A DNA stretch of 64,000 bases from Clostridia bacterium. Its GTDB lineage: Bacteria; Bacillota; Clostridia; Oscillospirales; CAG-272. The translations under genes were made by a program, and so were the position numbers. Of this stretch, positions 53,541 through 63,324 are shown piece by piece; position 1 is the stretch's first letter, and each line of letters opens with the position of its first letter. The stretch is from NCBI GenBank assembly GCA_017456005.1, contig JAFTLJ010000028.1, positions 5,774 through 69,773 of the forward strand. Direction: 5' to 3'. Below the pieces are notes generated by a model that worked only from the letters and a program-made list of their open reading frames with translations, did no database searches and was not told the DNA's origin.

Positions 53541-53598
53541 TAGAATGCAGAATTAAGAGTGCAGAATGCAGAATTAAGAGTGCAGAATGCAGAATTAT
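53541..53598 (+). repeat. Heptad-periodic GCAGAAT-type repeat (copy 4, longest)
   Basis: TAGAATGCAGAATTAAGAGTGCAGAATGCAGAATTAAGAGTGCAGAATGCAGAATTAT. Eight NAG triplets (TAG,CAG,AAG,CAG,CAG,AAG,CAG,CAG) fall at an exact 7-nt period from 53541 to 53592. It starts 3 nt after the pheA stop. Confidence 0.8.
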
Positions 53599-53617
53599 AA
53601 AATAACAGGTGGTTATT

Positions 53618-54637
53618 ATGGTAATACACGTTGAACTCGGCGTTTCGAGTTATGATATAGAGCTTTGCCGCGGTGCGCTTGCGCGCGCAGGCGAGCTGAT
53701 AAATTTAGATAGAAAAATTATGGTCGTTACAGACCACGGCGTACCCGCAGAGTATGCCGACACGGTGAGAAAGCTTGCAAAGGACGGCTATCAGGTAACC
53801 GTTCCTCAGGGCGAGGAAAGCAAATGCTTTGCAAGCCTTGAGCATATCCTCGGCGTAATGCTTGACATGGGCTTCACGCGCAAGGACGCGGTAGTTGCCG
53901 TGGGCGGCGGTGTTGTGGGCGACCTTGCGGGCTTTGCCGCTTCTATGTATATGCGCGGCATAGATTTCTATAATATACCCACCACGCTTCTTTCGCAGGT
54001 GGATTCTTCCATAGGCGGCAAGACGGCGGTGGACTTTCACGGATATAAAAACGTTATCGGCGCGTTCTATCAGCCGAAGAAGGTTATTATAGACCCCGAC
54101 GTGCTTGCAACGCTCGACGGGCGCCAGGTTGCGGCGGGTATGGCAGAGGCTATCAAGATGTCGCTTACGAGCGACGCGGAAATGTTCCGTATGCTCGAAG
54201 AAGCGGAGAATATCTACTCCGATATAGATACGGTAATAGAAAAAGCGCTTCGCATTAAAAAATACGTCGTGGAATGTGATGAAAAGGAAGCGGGCTTGCG
54301 CAAGATACTCAATTTCGGGCACACGGTAGGTCACGGCATAGAAACACAGCAGGCAGGCGCGCTCTACCACGGCGAATGTGTTGCCCTCGGTATGCTGCCG
54401 ATGTGCGTGGATGAAGTCCGCGCACGCCTTATCCCCGTGTTGCGCAAAGCAGGCTTGCCCACGGAGCTCAAGCTTTGCAAAGACGACCTGCGCGAGGTTA
54501 TGGCGGCGGTTTCGCACGATAAAAAGAGCGCTGTGGGCGGTATAGATGCAGTGCTTGTACACGAGGTCGGCAGCTTTGAAATAAAGAAGCTCACGCTCCC
54601 CGAAATAGAAGAAAAAACGAAGCAGATCTTCTGCTAA
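53618..54637 (+). CDS. aroB: 3-dehydroquinate synthase
   Basis: GGGVVGDLAGFAAS, SSIGGKTAVD and HTVGHGIE motifs. Start set to the ATG behind AGGTGG. Confidence 0.9.
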   Translation: MVIHVELGVSSYDIELCRGALARAGELINLDRKIMVVTDHGVPAEYADTVRKLAKDGYQVTVPQGEESKCFASLEHILGVMLDMGFTRKDAVVAVGGGVVGDLAGFAASMYMRGIDFYNIPTTLLSQVDSSIGGKTAVDFHGYKNVIGAFYQPKKVIIDPDVLATLDGRQVAAGMAEAIKMSLTSDAEMFRMLEEAENIYSDIDTVIEKALRIKKYVVECDEKEAGLRKILNFGHTVGHGIETQQAGALYHGECVALGMLPMCVDEVRARLIPVLRKAGLPTELKLCKDDLREVMAAVSHDKKSAVGGIDAVLVHEVGSFEIKKLTLPEIEEKTKQIFC

Positions 54638-54649
54638 GGAGAAATAAAT

Positions 54650-55747
54650 ATGAAAAATACATTCGGCACAAGCGTGTGCCTTACGGTTTTCGGCGAAAGC
54701 CACGGTCCGTTTATCGGTGCCGTGCTCGATGGGCTTGCCCCGGGCGTAGAGGTAAGTGAGGAAGAGATACGCCACGCGCTCACGCTCCGCCGCCCCGCAG
54801 GCAGAATTTCAACGGCTCGGCAGGAAAAAGATGAATATACAATAGCAAGCGGCGTTTTCGAGGGGAAGACCACGGGCACGCCCATTGCGATAATAATACC
54901 AAATGCAGACACAAGAAGCAAAGATTACAAAAAAACATACGGCTTGGCACGCCCGGGACACGCAGATTTTGCGGCTTATTGCAAATACCACGGATTTGAG
55001 GATTACCGCGGCGGAGGCCATTTTTCGGGCAGAGTGACAAGTGCGCTCGTGGCGGCGGGCGCTATAGCGCGCACGGCGCTTGCAAAGAAGGGTATTTACC
55101 TCGGCACGCATATAAAAGAGCTTGCGGGAGTGCCCGACAGAGCTTTCGGCGACCTAAAAGCCGATATAGACGACCTTTACACGAAGGTTTTCCCCGTGCT
55201 TTCCGAGGAAGCGGAAGAAAAAATGCGCGCCGAAATAGAAAAGGCGGCGGCAGAGGGCGATAGCGTCGGCGGTATGCTGGAAACGGTTATAGTAGGTATG
55301 CCGGCGGGCGTGGGCGAGCCTTATTTCGACAGCTTCGAAAGTGTTATAGCTCACATGATGTTCTCTGTGCCGGGTGTGAAAGGTGTGCTCTTCGGCGCGG
55401 GTACGGATTTTGCAAGGATGCGCGGAAGCGAAGCAAACGATGCTTTCCGCATGGGCGCAGACGGCAAGGTATATACAAAAACGAACAACAACGGCGGCGT
55501 AAACGGCGGTATTACAAACGGAAACCCCGTGTGCTTCACAACGGTCATAAAGCCCACGCCGTCTATCTATAAAAAGCAGGAAACCATAGATTTTGTTTCG
55601 GGCGAGGAAAGGGACATTTCCATAGAGGGCAGGCACGACCCGTGCATTGCCCACCGCGCAAGAATCGTGGTAGACAGCCTAGCGGCAATCGCCCTCTGCG
55701 ATATGTTGGCAGGCAGATATGGCACAGATTGGATAAATGCAGAATGA
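54650..55747 (+). CDS. aroC: Chorismate synthase
   Basis: FGESHG.., RPGHAD.., GGGHFSGR.., SVGG motifs; 365 aa. Confidence 0.9.
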   Translation: MKNTFGTSVCLTVFGESHGPFIGAVLDGLAPGVEVSEEEIRHALTLRRPAGRISTARQEKDEYTIASGVFEGKTTGTPIAIIIPNADTRSKDYKKTYGLARPGHADFAAYCKYHGFEDYRGGGHFSGRVTSALVAAGAIARTALAKKGIYLGTHIKELAGVPDRAFGDLKADIDDLYTKVFPVLSEEAEEKMRAEIEKAAAEGDSVGGMLETVIVGMPAGVGEPYFDSFESVIAHMMFSVPGVKGVLFGAGTDFARMRGSEANDAFRMGADGKVYTKTNNNGGVNGGITNGNPVCFTTVIKPTPSIYKKQETIDFVSGEERDISIEGRHDPCIAHRARIVVDSLAAIALCDMLAGRYGTDWINAE

Positions 55748-55760
55748 AGGCGGATTATAT

Positions 55761-57014
55761 ATGAGATATGGGCTCTTAGGCGAAAAGCTGCCGCACAGCT
55801 TTTCCAAGGAAATACACGAAAAGCTCGGCAGGTATACGTATGAGCTTATAGAGGTTGAAAAAGAAGATTTTGCTTCCTTTGCGGAAAAACGCGATTTCAC
55901 GGCGATAAACATAACCATTCCATACAAGCGCGATATAATACCATACCTCGAAACCATAAGCGAACAAGCAGAAAAAATAGGAGCTGTTAACGTAGCGATA
56001 AACAAGGGCGGCAAGCTTCACGGCTATAATACCGACTTTATCGGGCTTAAAATGCTGATTTTGCGCGCAGGATTCGATTTTTCGGGCAAGACCGTGCTTA
56101 TACTCGGTTTTGGCGGTACGAGCAGAACGGCATATGCCGTTTGCGAGGACCTCGGTGCAAAATGCATTAAATACGTAAAAAGAAAAGCCGATGAAAACGT
56201 TATTTCCTATGCAGATGCCGCGCGCGACTACGCAGAAGCGGAATATATAATAAATACATCCCCTGCCGGCATGTACCCACATACGGATGAATCCCCGTTC
56301 GACGGTTCCGGTGTGAGCCTTGCAGATTTCAAAAACTTACGCGGCTTGGTAGATGTTATATACAATCCTCTGCGCACAAAGCTTATGAACGAGGCGCTGC
56401 TTGCGGGTATTCCCGCGGTGGACGGGCTTTATATGCTCGTGGCGCAGGCAACGGCGGCGGCAGAGCTTTTCACGGGAGAGCCTGTGGCAGACGATGTGAC
56501 AGAGAAAATATTTAAGGATATTTTCCTTGCAAAGCAGAATATCGTGCTCACAGGTATGCCGGGGTGCGGAAAAAGCACCGTTGGGGCACTACTTGCAGAA
56601 AAGATGGGCAGGGCGTTCTACGATACGGACGAAGAATTTACGAAAAAATACGGCACACCTGCCGATTATATAAGAGAAAAAGGCGAAGCGGCATTCCGCG
56701 ACGCCGAAAGCGCAGTTATAGCAGAGCTTTGCGCGCAAACCGTGGGTGCTGTAATTTCCACGGGCGGCGGCGCTGTGCTAAGGCACGAAAACGTGCTCGC
56801 TCTGCGCGGCAACGGAAAAATTTACTTTATAGACCGCGATATAGCAGATATTATACCCACTAGCGACCGCCCGCTTTCCTCCGACAGGGAAATGCTCGAA
56901 AAACGATATGCAGAGCGTTTTCCCATTTACACGGGCACGTGCGACGTGCATATGGAAAACGACGGCACGGCAGAGGCGCTTGCGGAAAAGATAATAGCGG
57001 ATTTTGAAGGATGA
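55761..57014 (+). CDS. aroE-aroK: Fused shikimate dehydrogenase / shikimate kinase
   Basis: The N-terminal half has SFSKEIHE..., INITIPYK, AVN...GYNTD. The C-terminal ~165 aa have LTGMPGCGKSTVG Walker A and YDTDEE. Confidence 0.85.
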   Translation: MRYGLLGEKLPHSFSKEIHEKLGRYTYELIEVEKEDFASFAEKRDFTAINITIPYKRDIIPYLETISEQAEKIGAVNVAINKGGKLHGYNTDFIGLKMLILRAGFDFSGKTVLILGFGGTSRTAYAVCEDLGAKCIKYVKRKADENVISYADAARDYAEAEYIINTSPAGMYPHTDESPFDGSGVSLADFKNLRGLVDVIYNPLRTKLMNEALLAGIPAVDGLYMLVAQATAAAELFTGEPVADDVTEKIFKDIFLAKQNIVLTGMPGCGKSTVGALLAEKMGRAFYDTDEEFTKKYGTPADYIREKGEAAFRDAESAVIAELCAQTVGAVISTGGGAVLRHENVLALRGNGKIYFIDRDIADIIPTSDRPLSSDREMLEKRYAERFPIYTGTCDVHMENDGTAEALAEKIIADFEG

Positions 57015-57026
57015 GAGAATAAAACG

Positions 57027-57467
57027 ATGAAAATACTTGTAATGAACGGGCCGAACCTCAATATGCTCGGCATAAGAGAGCCCGATATATACGGCAAAAG
57101 CACCTACGCAGACCTTTGCAAAATGATAGAAGCGCATTGTGCCGAAAAAGGCGTGGAATTTGAAATTTACCAATCCAACTATGAGGGCGATCTGGTTACA
57201 AAAATACAGCAGGCGCTCGGCGTTTTCGACGGTATAGTTATAAACCCTGCGGCATACACGCATACGAGCGTGGCTCTGCTCGATGCGCTAAAGGCGGTGG
57301 CTATACCGGCTGTGGAGGTGCATATTTCCGACGTTTCTAAGCGCGAGGGCTTCAGAAGCATAAGCTTTGTGCGCGAATATTGCTTTGCGACGATTGCGGG
57401 CCACGGCTTTGCAGGGTATACGGAAGCGATAGACCTGCTTTTAAATATGCCGGAAAAGAGAATTTGA
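57027..57467 (+). CDS. aroQ: Type II 3-dehydroquinate dehydratase
   Basis: MKILVMNGPNLNMLGIREP.IYG...QSN.EG.L.......DGIVINPAAYTHTSVAL.DA motifs. Confidence 0.9.
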   Translation: MKILVMNGPNLNMLGIREPDIYGKSTYADLCKMIEAHCAEKGVEFEIYQSNYEGDLVTKIQQALGVFDGIVINPAAYTHTSVALLDALKAVAIPAVEVHISDVSKREGFRSISFVREYCFATIAGHGFAGYTEAIDLLLNMPEKRI

Positions 57468-57468
57468 T

Positions 57469-58680
57469 ATGAACGTTAAAATAGAAAAAAGCACGGCACG
57501 CGGCGCTGTTTTGGCGCCCCCCTCCAAAAGCTTTGCGCACCGCTTGCTTATTTGCGCCGCTTTGGCAGGCAAAAGCCGTGTGCAGGGGCTTGAGGAAAGC
57601 GAAGATATCCTCGCTACACTAGATTGTGTGGCGGCGTGCTTCGGTGCAAAATACGAAAAACAGGGTGCGGACGTTGCCTTTGCCGAAAGCGATGTATACG
57701 GTGCGGCAAAGGGCGCGCTTATGTGCCGCGAAAGCGGAAGCACAATGCGCTTCTTTATACCGCTTTGCCTTGTGAAAAATACGGAATGTAAGCTCTACGG
57801 CGCAGGCAAGCTGCTTTCGCGCCCGATGAGCGTTTACGAAAACATATGCCGCGAGCAAAATCTAACTTTTGCGCACGAGGGCGACCATATCCGCGTTTGC
57901 GGGCCGCTGAAGGCGGGCAGGTTTATTGTGCCTGGCAATATTTCCAGCCAGTTTATAAGCGGACTTATGTTCGCGCTCCCCTTGCTTGACGGCGAAAGCG
58001 AGATATGCATAGTTCCGCCGCTGGACAGCAAGCCTTATATAGACATAACTATGGAGGCGCTCGCTGCATACGGCGTGAGTGCTGTTTGGAAGGATGAGTA
58101 CACCATAGCAATAGCGGGAGGGCAGAAATATACCCCGGCAGACGAAACAGTGGAGGGCGACTACTCCAACGCGGCGTTCCTTTCTGCATTCAACATTTTT
58201 GGCGGCGAAGTGAACGTGCAGGGTCTTTGCGAAACCAGCGTGCAGGGCGACAAGGCTTATATAGAGCATTTTCGCTTGCTTGCGGAGGGTACGCCAACGA
58301 TAGATATTTCCGATTGCCCCGACCTTGCGCCCATACTTATGAGCGTGGCGGCGGCGAAAAACGGGGTTCGCCTTACGGGCACGGCTCGCCTTAAGATAAA
58401 GGAAAGCGACCGCGGCGCGGTTATGGCGGCGGAACTCGCCAAATTTGCTGTACCCGTTACGGTAAACGAAAACGATATTATTGTAGAGGGTGGGCATTTC
58501 CACGCACCGGAAGAGGTTCTTTTCGGTCACAACGACCACCGCGTGGTCATGTCGATGGCGGTGCTCGCGAGCCTTACGGGCGGCGAAATAGAGGGTGCCG
58601 AGGCTTGCAGAAAAAGCTACCCCGCGTTTTTCGATGTTATAAAGAAACTTGGAATAGAGGTAACTCAAAGTGGAAATTGA
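57469..58680 (+). CDS. aroA: 3-phosphoshikimate 1-carboxyvinyltransferase (EPSP synthase)
   Basis: PPSKSFAHR, RESGSTMRF, D.PDLAP, LKIKESDR motifs; 403 aa. Confidence 0.9.
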   Translation: MNVKIEKSTARGAVLAPPSKSFAHRLLICAALAGKSRVQGLEESEDILATLDCVAACFGAKYEKQGADVAFAESDVYGAAKGALMCRESGSTMRFFIPLCLVKNTECKLYGAGKLLSRPMSVYENICREQNLTFAHEGDHIRVCGPLKAGRFIVPGNISSQFISGLMFALPLLDGESEICIVPPLDSKPYIDITMEALAAYGVSAVWKDEYTIAIAGGQKYTPADETVEGDYSNAAFLSAFNIFGGEVNVQGLCETSVQGDKAYIEHFRLLAEGTPTIDISDCPDLAPILMSVAAAKNGVRLTGTARLKIKESDRGAVMAAELAKFAVPVTVNENDIIVEGGHFHAPEEVLFGHNDHRVVMSMAVLASLTGGEIEGAEACRKSYPAFFDVIKKLGIEVTQSGN

Positions 58681-59533
58681 AAAGAATAAAAAAATACTTA
58701 TAGTCGGCCTCGGTCTTCTGGGCGGCAGTTACGCTCAGGTGCTTACGGAAAAGGGCTATGAGGTCTATGCCATAACCAGAAAGCAGAGCACGATAGATTA
58801 TGCGCTCGAGCACGGTATGATAAAAGACGGCACAACGGAAATAGACAAAGATATGATAGCGAAAGCTGACATAGCAGTGTTTGCGCTTTACCCCCATATT
58901 TTTGTGGATTGGATACGCGAAAACGGCAAATACTTTAAAAAAGGCGCTATTATAACAGATGTTACGGGCGTTAAATGTGCTATCGTAGACGAGATCCAAG
59001 CGGCGCTGCCCGAAGGCGTGGAGTTTATAGGCGCACACCCTATGGCAGGTAGGGAAGTATACGGTATAGAAAACAGCAACCCCGCTATGTTCAAGGGAGC
59101 GAACTACATAGTTACGCCTACGGCGAGCAACAGCGAATATGCCATAGAAACGTGCAAGGCTCTTGGCGAAATGCTCGGTTTTGCAAGCGTTTCCGTAATT
59201 TCCCCGCAGAAGCACGACAGAATGATAGCTTTCCTTTCCCAGCTTACTCACTGCATCGCCGTGGCTCTTATGACGTGCAACGACGACGCCAACCTTTGCA
59301 AATACACGGGCGACTCCTTCCGCGACCTCACGCGAATCGCGCGAATAAACGAGGATATGTGGAGCGAGCTCTTTATGCTCAACAAGGATATGCTCATTTC
59401 CGAAATAAAAGCGTTCGAGGGCGAGCTTGAAAAGCTGCGCCGCAGCATGGAAACAGAGGACGTGGAAACGATGAAGAAGATGATGCGCCTTTCCACAGAG
59501 CGCCGCGCCATGTTCGATAAAAAGCTTTCTTGA
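58670..59533 (+). CDS. tyrA: Prephenate dehydrogenase
   Basis: ILIVGLGLLGGSYA Rossmann motif, GAHPMAG, and SQLTHCIA. The GTG start overlaps the aroA 3' end. Confidence 0.85.
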   Translation: MEIEKNKKILIVGLGLLGGSYAQVLTEKGYEVYAITRKQSTIDYALEHGMIKDGTTEIDKDMIAKADIAVFALYPHIFVDWIRENGKYFKKGAIITDVTGVKCAIVDEIQAALPEGVEFIGAHPMAGREVYGIENSNPAMFKGANYIVTPTASNSEYAIETCKALGEMLGFASVSVISPQKHDRMIAFLSQLTHCIAVALMTCNDDANLCKYTGDSFRDLTRIARINEDMWSELFMLNKDMLISEIKAFEGELEKLRRSMETEDVETMKKMMRLSTERRAMFDKKLS

Positions 59534-59612
59534 AAGAAAGCTTTGCAAAGAACTTTCTTAAAATAAACAAAACAATTAAAATAATATATAATTTGAAAGG
59601 CAATATACTCCT

Positions 59613-60644
59613 ATGAATATGAATTTTAAACGCAAACTTCCCATTCCTATGGAAGTTAAAGAAATGTACCCTCTCACATTCGATCTTGCAACAGCAAAAG
59701 CCGCACGCGACGAAGAAATAAAAAAGGTTTTCAACGGAAAGAGCGATAAAATGGTGCTCGTTATCGGCCCTTGCTCGGCAGATAACGAAGATTCCGTTAT
59801 AGATTACATCTGCAGACTCAAAGGTGTGCAGGAAAAGGTTGCGGATAAGCTCATCATTATCCCCCGTATCTATACAGGTAAGCCCAGAACGATAGGCGAC
59901 GGCTACAAGGGCATGGTTCACCAGCCCAACCCCAACGAAGAGCCCGATGCATTCAAGGGCATCGTTGCGATCCGCAGCCTCCATATGAGAGCGCTTGCGG
60001 AAACAGGCCTTTCCACGGCGGATGAAATGCTCTACCCCGAAAACCACCGCTACCTTTCCGACCTTCTTTCCTACGTTGCCATCGGCGCAAGAAGCGTAGA
60101 GGACCAGCAGCACAGACTCACAGCCAGCGGCCTCGATATTCCCGTTGGTATGAAGAACCCCACAAGCGGTGATATTTCCGTTATGATGAACTCCATAACA
60201 GCAGGCCAGCATTCTCACCAGTTTATCTACCGCGGCTGGGAAGTAGAAAGCTTCGGCAACCCCTATGCGCACGCTATCCTTCGCGGCTACGTTAACAAAT
60301 TCGGTCAGTCTATGCCGAACTACCACTACGAAGACCTCGTAAACCTTTACGAAGAATACGCGGCGAAGCCCGACCTCAAGAACCCTGCAGTTATCGTGGA
60401 CACAAACCACGCAAACTCCGGCAAAAAATTTGCAGAACAGGTTCGTATCGCAAAAGAAGTTCTTCACTCCTGCAGATACAACAAAGACGTTCGCAGCATA
60501 GTTAAGGGCTTTATGATAGAAAGCTATATCGAAGACGGCGCGCAGAAGATAGGCGATGGTATATACGGTAAATCCATCACGGACCCGTGCCTCGGTTGGG
60601 AAAAAACAGAGAAGCTTATTCTCGAAATGGCAGATGTGCTTTAA
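59613..60644 (+). CDS. 3-deoxy-7-phosphoheptulonate (DAHP) synthase, type I-alpha-like
   Basis: VIGPCS, KPRT, IGARSVEDQQHR, PVGMKN, ILRG motifs comparable to AroF/G/H. Confidence 0.85.
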   Translation: MNMNFKRKLPIPMEVKEMYPLTFDLATAKAARDEEIKKVFNGKSDKMVLVIGPCSADNEDSVIDYICRLKGVQEKVADKLIIIPRIYTGKPRTIGDGYKGMVHQPNPNEEPDAFKGIVAIRSLHMRALAETGLSTADEMLYPENHRYLSDLLSYVAIGARSVEDQQHRLTASGLDIPVGMKNPTSGDISVMMNSITAGQHSHQFIYRGWEVESFGNPYAHAILRGYVNKFGQSMPNYHYEDLVNLYEEYAAKPDLKNPAVIVDTNHANSGKKFAEQVRIAKEVLHSCRYNKDVRSIVKGFMIESYIEDGAQKIGDGIYGKSITDPCLGWEKTEKLILEMADVL

Positions 60645-60722
60645 TAAAATTTCAGGGCGAACTTTGTTCGCCCATACTGCGTTATATAAACAATAAAATT
60701 TTAAAATAAAAAGGAGCTTATT

Positions 60723-61469
60723 ATGTACAATTTCGACGTTAAAAAAGCAACCGAGGGTTGCATCAAATGGATTCAGGATTGGTTCGAGCAGAACGGTAAG
60801 GGCTGTAACGTTATTATCGGTATTTCCGGCGGCAAGGATAGCTCTGTTGTGGCGGCGCTCTGCTGCAAGGCGCTCGGCAAAGAGCGTGTTTTCGGCGTGC
60901 TTATGCCCGACGGCGAGCAGTGCGACATAGATTATTCCCACGACCTCTGCGATTTTCTTGAAATAGATAATATGGTTGTGGATATTCACCCTGCCGTTGC
61001 AGGCGTTTACGAGGCTTTGGACGGCAGACTGGAGGTTTCCAATCAGTCTAAAATAAATCTTCCCCCCAGAATACGTATGTCTGTGCTGTATATGGTTTCT
61101 CAGTCTAAAAACGGCAGAGTGGCAAACACCTGCAACCTTTCCGAGGACTGGGTGGGATATTCCACACGCTACGGCGACAGCGCAGGCGACTTCGGCCCCA
61201 TTTCCCGCTTTACCGTGGCAGAGGTTAAAGAAATAGGCAGATACCTCGGTTTGCCCGAAAAATTTATAGAAAAAGTTCCTTCCGACGGGCTTTCCGGCTC
61301 TACCGATGAGGACAAGCTCGGCTTTACCTACGCAATGCTCGATAAATACATCCGCGAGGGCGTTATAGACGATGAGGAAAAGAAAGCGAAGATAGACAGG
61401 CTCCACAAAATAAACCTCTTCAAGCTTCAGGTTCTCCCCGTATACGAATTCGAGCCCGAAAACGCGTAA
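60723..61469 (+). CDS. nadE: Ammonia-dependent NAD+ synthetase
   Basis: GISGGKDSSVVAAL PP-loop motif; 248 aa. Confidence 0.85.
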   Translation: MYNFDVKKATEGCIKWIQDWFEQNGKGCNVIIGISGGKDSSVVAALCCKALGKERVFGVLMPDGEQCDIDYSHDLCDFLEIDNMVVDIHPAVAGVYEALDGRLEVSNQSKINLPPRIRMSVLYMVSQSKNGRVANTCNLSEDWVGYSTRYGDSAGDFGPISRFTVAEVKEIGRYLGLPEKFIEKVPSDGLSGSTDEDKLGFTYAMLDKYIREGVIDDEEKKAKIDRLHKINLFKLQVLPVYEFEPENA

Positions 61470-61491
61470 GCTTTTGTGTGAGGTTTAAAAA

Positions 61492-62421
61492 ATGAAGCTT
61501 TCTTTTGCAGATTTTCCGCTTGATTATTTCCCGGAGGTTGCGGAAAATTTGCCGGAGCGTCTGCGCCTTATACGAGAGTGCGGTTTCAGATGTATAGATT
61601 TCAACGTGACAATGCGCTTTTTGGGCGGTGACTACGCTCAAAAAGCCGCAGAGCTCGGGCGTGAGCTCCGCAGCCTAGGCATGAGCGCGGGGCAGGCGCA
61701 TGCGCCGATCGTGAACCCTTTTGATGAAAAAAGCGGAGATTATATGGGTGTATATACGCGCGTGTTGGAATTTTGCGCATTGGCAGGCATACCGCAGGTT
61801 GTTATACACGCAGGCGCCCAAAAAGGCAACACACGGGAAGAATATTTTGAAACCAATGCGGCTTTTTACCGTTCGCTTATTCCTGCGGCAGAAAAAACGG
61901 GTGTTCGCGTGCTTGTGGAAAATATCGGTCACGCGGCAGACGATAACTATCTTCTTTTTGGCGAGGATATTTGCGAAATGCTCCGGCGCATAGACCACCC
62001 GCTTTTTGCGGCTTGCTGGGATACGGGTCACGGCAACCTGAACCGCCAGGATCTTTACAAAACGGTGCTTGCCCTGGGCAAGGATCTTGCGGCGCTTCAC
62101 GTACACGATAACTGTGCGTATTTCGAGCCTTCGCACCGACACCACAGAATAGATATGCATACGACGCCGTTTGCCACGCAATATGCGAGCGTAAATTACG
62201 ATGCACTTTTGCAGGGGCTTATTGATATCGGTTATAAGGGCACGTTCAATTTCGAGGTACTTACGATGACGCGTGCTATCCGACCCGATTTTGTGCGCGG
62301 CGGCGAGATCGTACGCACGCTGGAGCAGCCGCCTCTCTCTCTTTGGGTGAAGGCAAATTCGCTCCTGTTTGAAACGGGCAAATATATGCTCGATGCCTAC
62401 GGGCTTTGGGAAGAACAATGA
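61492..62421 (+). CDS. Sugar phosphate isomerase/epimerase (xylose-isomerase-like TIM barrel)
   Basis: ..VIHAG.., ..VLVENI.., ..CWDTGHGN.., ..LHVHDN.. pattern of the AP_endonuc_2 fold. Confidence 0.65.
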   Translation: MKLSFADFPLDYFPEVAENLPERLRLIRECGFRCIDFNVTMRFLGGDYAQKAAELGRELRSLGMSAGQAHAPIVNPFDEKSGDYMGVYTRVLEFCALAGIPQVVIHAGAQKGNTREEYFETNAAFYRSLIPAAEKTGVRVLVENIGHAADDNYLLFGEDICEMLRRIDHPLFAACWDTGHGNLNRQDLYKTVLALGKDLAALHVHDNCAYFEPSHRHHRIDMHTTPFATQYASVNYDALLQGLIDIGYKGTFNFEVLTMTRAIRPDFVRGGEIVRTLEQPPLSLWVKANSLLFETGKYMLDAYGLWEEQ

Positions 62422-62445
62422 GATTTATTGAAAACGGAGGTTTTT

Positions 62446-62940
62446 ATGGCACTTGACAGACCTGATAAGATAAACTATTATCTCGATATAGCGCAGACCG
62501 TGGCGCAGAGAAGCACTTGCCTTCGCCGCGCTTTCGGCGCAATAATTGTCAAAAACGATATAATAATATCGACGGGATATAACGGCGCACCGCGCGGGCG
62601 AAAAAACTGCGTAGATATGAACTTCTGCATGCGCGACCATCTCGGCATACCGCGCGGCGAAAGGTACGAAATGTGCCGTTCCGTACACGCGGAGGCAAAT
62701 GCGATAATTGCCGCTTCGCGCGATCAGATGCTTGGTGCAACGCTGTATATGGCGTGCATAGACGTAAAATCGGGCGAGCTTATGCCGGGCACCTGCTCTT
62801 GCATGATGTGCAAGCGCCAGGTTATAAACGCGGGTATAGAGCAGGTTATCGTGCGCGATACAAAAAAAGAATATACCGTTTATGACGTGAAGGATTGGGT
62901 GGAGAACGACGACAGCCTGAGCGGCAAATTCGGCTATTGA
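62446..62940 (+). CDS. dCMP deaminase (ComEB-like)
   Basis: HAEANAI and PCSCMMCKRQVINAGI zinc motifs. Start set to ATG 62446 behind GGAGG. Confidence 0.8.
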   Translation: MALDRPDKINYYLDIAQTVAQRSTCLRRAFGAIIVKNDIIISTGYNGAPRGRKNCVDMNFCMRDHLGIPRGERYEMCRSVHAEANAIIAASRDQMLGATLYMACIDVKSGELMPGTCSCMMCKRQVINAGIEQVIVRDTKKEYTVYDVKDWVENDDSLSGKFGY

Positions 62941-62947
62941 CCAACAC

Positions 62948-62983
62948 AAAAAACCGAACCTGCCGTGCGGCAGGTTCGGTTTT
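62948..62983. terminator. Bidirectional terminator between dCMP deaminase and spoVG
   Basis: AAAACCGAACCTGCC-GTGC-GGCAGGTTCGGTTTT. Confidence 0.8.
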
Positions 62984-63003
62984 GGAGGGGGTTATGAAAA
63001 AAA

Positions 63004-63324
63004 TCAATCTGCGTATTCGATAAGCTCTTTTTCCGTGCCGGGGGCAGGAATAACGCCGTCTTCAATATCCTTGAGATATTTGAAGTAAGCGCCGATAACC
63101 TTTTCCTCTAGCATGTTGCGCATCGTTGAGTTGATGGGGTGAACTATATCGCGGTATGTGCCGTCGGGATTTTTTCTGGAGGGCATAACAACGAAGAATT
63201 TATCTCTTGCATTGATGACCTTAACATCGTGAAGCGCGAGAGCGCTGTCGAATGTAACGGATACTACTGCTTTCATAGGGCCTTCGTCGAAGATTTTTCT
63301 GATTTTTACGTCTGTAATTTCCAT
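63004..63324 (-). CDS. spoVG: Septation/sporulation regulator SpoVG
   Basis: MEITDVKIRKI...GPMKAVVSVTFD....LHDVKVI......FVVMPSRK..DG.YRDIVHPIN...R; 106 aa. Confidence 0.95.
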   Translation of the reverse strand: MEITDVKIRKIFDEGPMKAVVSVTFDSALALHDVKVINARDKFFVVMPSRKNPDGTYRDIVHPINSTMRNMLEEKVIGAYFKYLKDIEDGVIPAPGTEKELIEYAD

